Below are positions 15,801 through 22,159 of a stretch of 32,000 bases of DNA, one piece after another. Position 1 is the stretch's first letter. Each line of letters begins with the position of its first letter. Under the pieces are notes generated by a model that saw only the letters and a program-made list of their open reading frames with translations, was not told the origin of the DNA and searched no databases. The stretch is from NCBI GenBank assembly GCA_965230905.1, contig OZ246396.1:870001-902000 (forward strand), in the 5' to 3' direction. A program made the translations under genes and the position numbers. The DNA is from Candidatus Saccharimonadota bacterium (GTDB lineage: Bacteria; Patescibacteriota; Gracilibacteria; UBA1369; 2-02-FULL-48-14).

Positions 15801-15954
15801 CAAAGGGTACTAGACCCGAGTGGCCAGCCATTACGTGCAGTTTGAAAGCCTATGACCCACTTTCCTAGGGACAAGGGGAAGCGAACCCTAGGCTCGTTTT
15901 GCTTTGCGTCTTCTCTGTGGAAAGTTTTAGAATTTCCAAATGGTACTAGACCCG
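15801..15954. repeat. 18-bp direct repeat pair CAAA(G/T)GGTACTAGACCCG (15801..15818 and 15937..15954) flanking a 118-bp hairpin-rich non-coding segment
   Basis: 17 of 18 positions match by direct comparison. Internal hairpins: CCTAGGG-N15-CCCTAGG and GGAAA-N8-TTTCC. CCCGT-N13-ACGGG (15951-15973) overlaps the last 4 nt of the second repeat and extends past it. Confidence 0.7.
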
Positions 15955-16012
15955 TTGCCCTTAGGAGCACGGGCATTAGGAGGTTCTAGCGATTGGTGTG
16001 TGCTGCTACTTC

Positions 16013-16168
16013 TCAGGCCTTCATGTCTTCCAACCATACTTCGCCTCCTTTGAGGTAGAGTTGCCCGTCTAGGCACTGTAGAAACTCTCTTTTCTCTAGG
16101 TGGGTTCCATTCTTCAAGATGTACTGAATGTAGTCTTGTGTATCTATTTCCTTGGCTTCATTTATCAT
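16013..16168 (-). pseudogene. 3'-terminal fragment (about 51 codons) of a second large serine recombinase gene
   Basis: 16006..16162 aligns without gaps to 20818..20974 with 12 mismatches in 157 bp. It translates as (MI)NEAKEIDTQDYIQYILKNGTHLEKREFLQCLDGQLYLKGGEVWLEDMKA*, compared with the intact gene's C-terminus. Everything upstream of this fragment is missing. Confidence 0.85.
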
Positions 16169-16174
16169 TGGCAT

Positions 16175-16203
16175 TTGACCTGTTATCTAAAAGCTCGTAT
16201 AAT
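16175..16203 (+). promoter_or_regulatory. near-consensus sigma70-type promoter TTGACC-N17-TATAAT upstream of the radical SAM gene
   Basis: Read directly: TTGACC at 16175-16180, a 17-nt spacer, and TATAAT at 16198-16203, 28 nt before the ATG at 16232. Confidence 0.6.
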
Positions 16204-16231
16204 ATCCTTCAAAACTTCCTAGGCTAGATAC

Positions 16232-17917
16232 ATGTCCTCAAACGAAAAGTCCGTTCTATTGCTATCGACTGCGTACGATGAAGAAACAACGTCCACAGAA
16301 TTAAACGGTGCACCCACAACTGGAATCGCCAGGCTCGCCCAAGAAATACGTAATAGAGTCGGCGTTAAAGTTATTCTGGATCCACGGGCAGGTGCGGGTA
16401 TACCCTTCGAAAAAGGAGGAGAGTATATATTGAAACTCATCGATGAACTCGGAGATCAGCTCTTGGCGGTAGGTATACAGCTTCCTTTTTCTGAGTCCAT
16501 AGCTCTGAATCCGCGGGGACATCTTACCGACTATCAATCCATAGATGCTCTTATAAGCCTGATCCGCTCAAAAGGTATACCGCTCATTTTAGGTGGTAAT
16601 GCCATAACTTTGGATGCAGAGGGAACCTTAGGACGTATGCGTGAGCGAGTGGGAGAGTGTTTGGATGGTACCGTGGCTGTTTCTGGGGAAGCAGATCTGG
16701 TTTTACCAGACCTGCTTGGAAAGGATCCAGAAGCTTGGCAAGATGATCCGAGATTGTACAGGCTTGTAAATGGGCAAACTTTGCCTGGAAGGATGCAATT
16801 GTTGACTAACGAAGAGCTACATAATTTAGCCCCTTTAAGAGACCCCGCTGTTATCGGATTTGAAGCTACCGGGAGAGGATGTAAGCAGAACTGTACATTT
16901 TGTGCTATCCCTGGCTTGAGTGGTGGTCCTAAGAGCATGCGTAGTTTTGAGCCCCATCAGTTTGTCCACCACGTTCAATTCTTTATTGAAAGTGGCAAGA
17001 TAGGTGTGGGGACTACCGATGCAGATCTTTTTGACGTTGGCATCGAGTGGTGGAAGGAAGTTTTGGCCCTGTCTGAAAAGGCTGGGCTTTTAAATGACCT
17101 AAGAGCATTTATCTTTTCGGGTTACACCAATGCTTTCCGATTAAAAATTAAAGGAGGACTGGGCCTCGAAGAATTAGAAATCCTCAAAAAGTTAGGATTT
17201 AGGGATCTAGGCTTGGGGGTACAATCTATGGAGCCAGCCGTTTTGAAATCTGTACATAGACCATCTGTGGATCCAACTACTCTTTGGAGATTCTTTACGC
17301 AATGCCAAGACTCGGGAATTTCCGTGAGTCCAGATATGATTTTAGGTCTGCCCGGGCACACCGAATCTTCTCTAAAAACAGATATTTTTAATATGTTGGT
17401 CATGACTCTACACGGAGCCCAGGCTAGACCTGCTTTTTTCTATCAACATCGTCGCGGTTCTCAGACTTTTAATGCCCCTATCCCTGCTCCTGTCTCTCAG
17501 GAAATTATTGATCAACATGATAAAGTTTTTAGCTTGAGTTCTACCCTAGATGCAGTTCGACTCAACTCCAGAGCGCCCGAAGAAATACGCAGGTTTTTTC
17601 CCAATTCCATTTTGGAAGCCCCTATTGTTACTCCTCAAGAAATACAAGGTCTAAGCGGTTCCTTGGATATTTTAAGCTCCAGTGGAAGTGTTCCCTTAGC
17701 TATGATTGAAAGATTGAGAGGAGATGCTCAGCGTTTGTTGGATCAGTCAGAAGTGATTGCTAAGTGGAAAAGAGATATTGAAGTAGAAAGGGATTGTCTT
17801 GCTGATCTGGAGGGGGACCTTTCGCCAAGTGTCTATCAAAGTTTATCAATTCCTTGGGAAAAGAATTCTCATTTGCAACGAAGAATCGCTGAGTATCAAA
17901 GACGACAAAGAATGTGA
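16232..17917 (+). CDS. radical SAM enzyme with N-terminal B12-binding-like (class B-like) domain and a long unique C-terminal extension
   Basis: 561 aa. The CxxxCxxC cluster motif is in GRGCKQNCTFCAIPG. The N-terminal ~200 aa has the Rossmann-like layout of B12-binding radical SAM proteins. The C-terminal ~150 aa is charged and helical (…AKWKRDIEVERD…RRIAEYQRRQRM). Confidence 0.8.
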   Translation: MSSNEKSVLLLSTAYDEETTSTELNGAPTTGIARLAQEIRNRVGVKVILDPRAGAGIPFEKGGEYILKLIDELGDQLLAVGIQLPFSESIALNPRGHLTDYQSIDALISLIRSKGIPLILGGNAITLDAEGTLGRMRERVGECLDGTVAVSGEADLVLPDLLGKDPEAWQDDPRLYRLVNGQTLPGRMQLLTNEELHNLAPLRDPAVIGFEATGRGCKQNCTFCAIPGLSGGPKSMRSFEPHQFVHHVQFFIESGKIGVGTTDADLFDVGIEWWKEVLALSEKAGLLNDLRAFIFSGYTNAFRLKIKGGLGLEELEILKKLGFRDLGLGVQSMEPAVLKSVHRPSVDPTTLWRFFTQCQDSGISVSPDMILGLPGHTESSLKTDIFNMLVMTLHGAQARPAFFYQHRRGSQTFNAPIPAPVSQEIIDQHDKVFSLSSTLDAVRLNSRAPEEIRRFFPNSILEAPIVTPQEIQGLSGSLDILSSSGSVPLAMIERLRGDAQRLLDQSEVIAKWKRDIEVERDCLADLEGDLSPSVYQSLSIPWEKNSHLQRRIAEYQRRQRM

Positions 17918-17991
17918 TAAATAACGAGATTTAGCAGCTATATGTCCTCAGTATGTCAGCTTATTGGAAAGGAGCTTTATTTAACTTGTGC

Positions 17992-18672
17992 TTAGCAGTC
18001 AATGTCGAAACGGAGTAGAAATTCGCTAAGGTCCTTATCCCATCCGAAGGTAATCATAAAACCTGTAACGAGTAGTAGAACAGCGATAATTCTTTTTGCG
18101 AAGCTCTTAGGGTTTGCGAATCCTTTGAATCTTTTAAAGATGCTTTGGCTTCCATAAGCTATTAGTAACAATGGAATTGTTAGGCCAATTACGTAGAGTC
18201 CAAGGTGTAGGGTTCCAGTGCCTAAATTTTCTGGAAGCATGATCCCCACGATGACGGCGTAGGTAGGAGAGCAGGAAGCAAAGATGGGTCCAAGGGCGGC
18301 TCCAATAAGAATAGCTCCCAGTAGCCCTTTCCCATTTCCAAAACGTAGCAACTCTTCACATTTGTAGAATTTTAGCTTAAAAGCCAAGCTTTCGTAGGCT
18401 TGTGGGTAAAGCATTGAGATAGCATAAATCATCAATATCAATCCTGAGAATACGTTCCAAAACTCTTGAGGGATGAAGAGCAAAAGAGTGCTGGCCTTGA
18501 GTAAGAGAGTGAATGCGAAAACAGAAATACCTAGCGATAGGACGATAACAAAGGGTCTTAGCTTGTTCTGGCTTTCAGCGGAACCCGCTAGGATGACAGG
18601 CAAGAGAGGAAGGGTGCAGGGCGCTAAGGTCGTGAGAATACCTGCTATAAAAGATACGAACAATAAAGGCAT
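17992..18672 (-). CDS. ccdA: CcdA/DsbD-family thiol-disulfide electron transporter (cytochrome c biogenesis protein CcdA-like)
   Basis: 226 aa and polytopic. FIAGILTTLAPCTLPLLPVIL and a second conserved Cys segment (GPIFASCSPTYAVI) are typical of the DsbD_2 family. Confidence 0.8.
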   Translation of the reverse strand: MPLLFVSFIAGILTTLAPCTLPLLPVILAGSAESQNKLRPFVIVLSLGISVFAFTLLLKASTLLLFIPQEFWNVFSGLILMIYAISMLYPQAYESLAFKLKFYKCEELLRFGNGKGLLGAILIGAALGPIFASCSPTYAVIVGIMLPENLGTGTLHLGLYVIGLTIPLLLIAYGSQSIFKRFKGFANPKSFAKRIIAVLLLVTGFMITFGWDKDLSEFLLRFDIDC

Positions 18673-18681
18673 GGAGGAAGG

Positions 18682-19107
18682 TTAGAGAACTTGGGTCATT
18701 TCGGCAATAACGTCTTTCGCCTCAAAGATGGGCTTATTCACCACAACATTTCCTTGGGCATCGAAGATAACAAAGGTGGTTTGAACCTTAACGTCGAATT
18801 CATTACGCAGATTAGTTTCGGTATCATAGTCGGTTTTGAGGATGATAATATCTTCAGGGTAGCTCGACAGGTTGCCAGTCAGTTCTTTTTCCAAGCTTTT
18901 GCATTCGCCGCACCACTTAGCATGAAAAAAGAGGGCAAACGGTTTTTGACCTTTCAACTCACTGTACCTTTCTGGAGAGTAATCTTCATAACTCGCACTA
19001 TCTTCTGTGGTTTGAGGTGCAGGAATTTCAAGCACAGGAGCTTCAGGAGTTGTAGAGCATCCTGCCAAGAGGACGATGGCAGTAAACAATAAGATCAATT
19101 TTTTCAT
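18682..19107 (-). CDS. thioredoxin-family lipoprotein (WCGEC active site)
   Basis: 141 aa with lipobox LLAGCS and a thioredoxin motif, FFHAKWCGECKSLE. It lies directly upstream of ccdA on the same strand. Confidence 0.85.
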   Translation of the reverse strand: MKKLILLFTAIVLLAGCSTTPEAPVLEIPAPQTTEDSASYEDYSPERYSELKGQKPFALFFHAKWCGECKSLEKELTGNLSSYPEDIIILKTDYDTETNLRNEFDVKVQTTFVIFDAQGNVVVNKPIFEAKDVIAEMTQVL

Positions 19108-19137
19108 GATTTTTTGATTAAAAGACTGTACGCTATA

Positions 19138-19169
19138 CTTATAAACCGTGGAGTATACTCCATAGTCAA
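19138..19169 (-). promoter_or_regulatory. MerR-type promoter TTGACT-N19/20-TATAAG with a perfect 12-bp dyad GGAGTATACTCC (19150..19161) in the over-long spacer
   Basis: It lies in the 72-bp divergent region between the thioredoxin ATG (19107) and the merR-type ATG (19180). The -35 is at 19169-19164, the -10 at 19143-19138, and the dyad is roughly centred in the spacer. Confidence 0.65.
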
Positions 19170-19179
19170 ACCCAATATT

Positions 19180-19581
19180 ATGCTGATAGGTGAACTCGCA
19201 AGCAGAAGCCAGATGTCAAAAGATACCATCCGTTTTTATGAAAAGTGTGGACTCCTTGTAGGTGCGCAAAAGCGAGAGAACAATTATAAGGATTATAGCC
19301 CCGAGGCTGTTGAGCGCTTAAGTTTGATTCAATCTCTCAAACTTCTTGGGTTTACCCTTCATGAGATCAAAGACTTCGTGATCTTATGGGGTAAGCACGC
19401 TTCTTGTGAAAACTTAATAGAAGGAATACGAGATAAGCTAGAGTTGGTCGATCGTCAGATTACCCAACTTAAGAAAACAAAAAAGCAGCTGATTCAGCTT
19501 ACCAAGCGCTGCAAAGGGAAGGATTGTGGCTTCGTTAAACGAGTTCCTTCTTGTTTGTGCAGTAGTAAGGGGTGTTGTTAA
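19180..19581 (+). CDS. MerR-family metal-responsive transcriptional regulator with Cys-rich C-terminus
   Basis: MLIGELASRSQMSKDTIRFYEKCGLL is the MerR HTH. A dimerisation helix follows. Cys-rich tail: CKGKDCGFVKRVPSCLCSSKGCC. I chose the start at 19180 rather than the track's 19114, which would cover the operator. Confidence 0.85.
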   Translation: MLIGELASRSQMSKDTIRFYEKCGLLVGAQKRENNYKDYSPEAVERLSLIQSLKLLGFTLHEIKDFVILWGKHASCENLIEGIRDKLELVDRQITQLKKTKKQLIQLTKRCKGKDCGFVKRVPSCLCSSKGCC

Positions 19582-19610
19582 ATCTACTAAATAACTTCAA
19601 AGTTATCTCG

Positions 19611-19652
19611 ATGAATAAAATTGAGTTCTGGCTCATGAATTCCATACGGTAA
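19611..19652 (+). pseudogene. decayed 5' remnant of a paralog of the 13931..14524 SAM methyltransferase
   Basis: ATGAATAAAATTGAGTTCTGGCTCATGAAT encodes MNKIEFWLMN, identical at protein level to residues MNKIEFWLMN of the intact gene. It then hits indels and a stop. Weaker nucleotide similarity continues to about 19700. Confidence 0.7.
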
Positions 19653-19805
19653 GGCCTTTACAAGGAGCTAGTCTGATTAGGATTTTAGGTTCATAAACAA
19701 TGCGCAAACTCTTGGTGGCTTGGGATGGTTTTGAAAAACCTCTGTCTAAGAGTAGCACTGGTATTGGGAGATTTGAGCGAATAGTATGTGGTGTATATTG
19801 TGCGC

Positions 19806-20081
19806 ATGATCAAATCGCAATGGATAAAATTCGTAGAGTGCCACACGGGTCTGCTAAATAAGGTCATTCATGTACTCGGCTTCGTCCTTATTGGTCTTGG
19901 TATTTTGTATAAAAGCCTTCCTCTTGTCCTTATAGGTGCTGTTGTTCAGGAACTTGGCCACGTCTACCAGTATATGAAGACCCACGAAGGAAGGTTCAGC
20001 CCGTGGCAGTGCTTTAAGCCTCAACTGATGTTTGCCTACCCTTTATTGATCATCATCATTTTGTACGTCGTTTACGCTTAG
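19806..20081 (+). CDS. small membrane protein (possibly DUF962/Mpo1-like), unknown function
   Basis: About 91 aa from the ATG at 19806, with two or three hydrophobic helices. H..LLNKVIHVLG and QELGHVYQY are loosely Mpo1-like. Confidence 0.4.
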   Translation: MIKSQWIKFVECHTGLLNKVIHVLGFVLIGLGILYKSLPLVLIGAVVQELGHVYQYMKTHEGRFSPWQCFKPQLMFAYPLLIIIILYVVYA

Positions 20082-20142
20082 GCCTTCATTCCTAACCAGC
20101 TGATATCGTGTTAGAGTCCCTTAGATCTTAATCCTCATTTCC

Positions 20143-20328
20143 ATGAAAACATTATCCTGCGATCTCTGCGAAACAACGGCACAAGGGGAAACTTTTGAAG
20201 AGTGGCTCCAAACGCTCATGCCTCATTACATGCAAGCCCATGCAGAGGTAATGAACGATCCTACTCACACGGAAGAAGATAAAGAAAAGTGGATGACTGT
20301 GAATAGGACTCGTTTTGATGCAGCATAA
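20143..20328 (+). CDS. small soluble protein, DUF1059-like
   Basis: 61 aa. MKTLSCDLCETTAQGETFEEWLQTLMPHYMQAH resembles the DUF1059 N-terminal pattern (MK..SC...C....G.T.EE......H...H). Confidence 0.45.
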   Translation: MKTLSCDLCETTAQGETFEEWLQTLMPHYMQAHAEVMNDPTHTEEDKEKWMTVNRTRFDAA

Positions 20329-20339
20329 AACTTAAAGGT

Positions 20340-20804
20340 ATGATCATTAGACGTGCGATCATCGGTGATTTGTCCGCACTTCAAAGCCTTTTTGTCGAAA
20401 CGATAAGAAATACATGCAAGGAGGACTACAATGAAGAACAAATTGAATGCTGGGCTTCATCCGTAAAGAATAGAAACCGTTGGGAGGAGAAATTGACCAA
20501 GCAGTATTTTCTTGTTGCACAATCTGATAATGAAATCCTAGGATTCGCATCCTTAGAAGATGGGAACACCCTCGACTTAATGTATGTAAGCAAAGATCAT
20601 TTAAGAAAAGGTGTGGCTACAAAGCTTTATGAGGAAATTGAGATGGAAGCGAGAAAACAGGGATCTGTGTTTCTAGTGTCTGACGTCAGCATCACGGCTA
20701 AACCATTTTTTCAAAATCTAGGGTTTTCACTATTGAAAGAAAATCAAAACCTTATTGAGGGTATAGAAATCAACAATTACAAAATGAGAAAAGAGCTTGA
20801 ATAA
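20340..20804 (+). CDS. GNAT-family N-acetyltransferase
   Basis: 154 aa. The acetyl-CoA motif region is LMYVSKDHLRKGVATKLYEEIE, and the C-terminus has FFQNLGF. Confidence 0.85.
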   Translation: MIIRRAIIGDLSALQSLFVETIRNTCKEDYNEEQIECWASSVKNRNRWEEKLTKQYFLVAQSDNEILGFASLEDGNTLDLMYVSKDHLRKGVATKLYEEIEMEARKQGSVFLVSDVSITAKPFFQNLGFSLLKENQNLIEGIEINNYKMRKELE

Positions 20805-20817
20805 CTGAATTATAGTA

Positions 20818-20974
20818 CTACTTCTCAGGCCTTCAAATCCTCCAACCACACTTCTCCTCCTTTGAGGTAAAGTTGACCATCTAGGCACTGTAGAAACTCT
20901 CTTTTCTCTAGGTGGGTTCCATTTCTCAAGATGTACTGAATGTAGCCTTGTGTATCTATTTCTTTGGCTTCATT
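20818..20974. repeat. direct-repeat partner of 16006..16162 (3' end of the intact recombinase gene plus 7 nt beyond the stop)
   Basis: Gap-free alignment with 145 of 157 identical positions and an offset of exactly 4812 bp. Confidence 0.85.
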
Positions 20975-22105
20975 GCCCATGGTCTGCCTTTGCATCTCGT
21001 TGAACTTTTGTACTTCACGAGTCACCTTGCTGTGGATTTTAAGCTGTTTGGCTTTGAATTGATCCACGAGTTTTGCGATCGATCCGACTAGATCCTCTTC
21101 ACGGATGTATTTCTGGTCACACTTTCCTTTTCCTCCGTATTTTGTGCATTTGTAGTAGACGTAATTGGTTCCAAACCGATTTACATGGTTTTCTCCACAA
21201 ACCCCAGACTGACATCCTCCGCATTTGAATAGTTTCCCATAGAAGAAGGATTTGCTACCCCATTTCGACTTCTCAAAGGTTTTTAGCATACTGTTTGCCG
21301 CCGTCCATTGGTCTTTAGTTATGAGTGGCTTATGTGTCCCTTTGTACCAATTCCCACTGCCTTCAGGGAATTCAAACTCTCCATAGTAGAAGGTGTCTTT
21401 AAAAACCCTGTAAGTCATGCTTAAGGTTACCGATTTCCCATTTCTTGTTCTGAAACCTTCTTTCGTGAGTTCTTCGTTTACCTGTCTTCCGCTCAGGCCT
21501 CTTGAAGCCACATACTCGAACATTTTCTTAATGAAGGGTGCTCTCTCTGGATCTACGATTATTTTGCTTCCGGCGGAGAAGTTGCTTGGATCCCGATAAA
21601 GTTTATACCCCATTGGAGGGAGGCCTGGCCTTTTTCCAAGTTCGCATTTTGCCCTAAGCCCTCTCTTCACGTTCTTTCCTCGGTTGTCGTTCTCTAGTTT
21701 CGCTTGGCTGCAAAGAATCATGAGCAAAAACTTCTCATTGGGGTTATTCGTGAAGTTCTGCCCGTGTGTGCGAATTTCTAAAAGCTTCCCTGTGTCCATG
21801 AGGTCTACCAAAGTTCCCAAATCTCCTGCGTTACGGCTTAAACGATCTGGTGCCCACGTTAAAATTCCGTTGAATTTACCTTCATCTATGTCTGTAAGAA
21901 GGCGGTTGTACTCGGGTCTTGTTCCAGTTGCCTTGGCACTCTTACTTTCCTCTCTAATTTCCACGATATTCAGGTGATCCCGCTCTGCTATTGAAAGCAT
22001 CTCTTTGATTTGAGAATCAATGCTCATCATCTGTTTCTCGTCCGATTCAGACGACTTTCTGGCATACAGGCAATACTTGGTTGAGGGGTCTAAAATATCT
22101 GTCAT
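20825..22105 (-). CDS. large serine recombinase (resolvase/integrase family)
   Basis: 426 aa. The N-terminal catalytic domain has YARKSSESDEKQMMSIDSQ. A recombinase domain follows, then a Zn-ribbon (CGGCQSGVCG...YYKCTKYGGKGKCD) and a C-terminal coiled-coil. Confidence 0.9.
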   Translation of the reverse strand: MTDILDPSTKYCLYARKSSESDEKQMMSIDSQIKEMLSIAERDHLNIVEIREESKSAKATGTRPEYNRLLTDIDEGKFNGILTWAPDRLSRNAGDLGTLVDLMDTGKLLEIRTHGQNFTNNPNEKFLLMILCSQAKLENDNRGKNVKRGLRAKCELGKRPGLPPMGYKLYRDPSNFSAGSKIIVDPERAPFIKKMFEYVASRGLSGRQVNEELTKEGFRTRNGKSVTLSMTYRVFKDTFYYGEFEFPEGSGNWYKGTHKPLITKDQWTAANSMLKTFEKSKWGSKSFFYGKLFKCGGCQSGVCGENHVNRFGTNYVYYKCTKYGGKGKCDQKYIREEDLVGSIAKLVDQFKAKQLKIHSKVTREVQKFNEMQRQTMGNEAKEIDTQGYIQYILRNGTHLEKREFLQCLDGQLYLKGGEVWLEDLKA

Positions 22106-22159
22106 ATAGATGGGTTAAATCCTACCCACATAGATGACACAATGGATCGTGATAGCTAG

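Noticed and set aside
15866-15895. Possible tRNA or tRNA-fragment att site (GGGTTCGCTTCC on the minus strand resembles a T-loop)
   Set aside because: The flanking bases do not form a 5-bp T-stem, and I could not build an acceptor or anticodon arm. It is more simply a CCTAGGG/CCCTAGG hairpin.
15785-15976. 63-aa minus-strand ORF in the arsR/recombinase-fragment junction
   Set aside because: It spans the 18-bp repeats and hairpins, has no plausible start context or motifs, and the region behaves as structured non-coding DNA.
19114-19179. Upstream extension of the merR ORF (MIKRLYAILINRGVYSIVKPNI...)
   Set aside because: It would place the promoter and dyad operator inside the coding sequence. 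MerR-family proteins begin a few residues before the HTH, which matches the ATG at 19180.
22106-22159. Hairpin TGGGT-N8-ACCCA and a CATCTAT direct repeat just upstream of the recombinase ATG, as a possible att core
   Set aside because: The hairpin and repeat are short (5-7 bp), and no matching copy occurs at the 16006 or 20818 boundaries. This is insufficient to call a recombination site. It may simply be a hamB terminator or translational hairpin.
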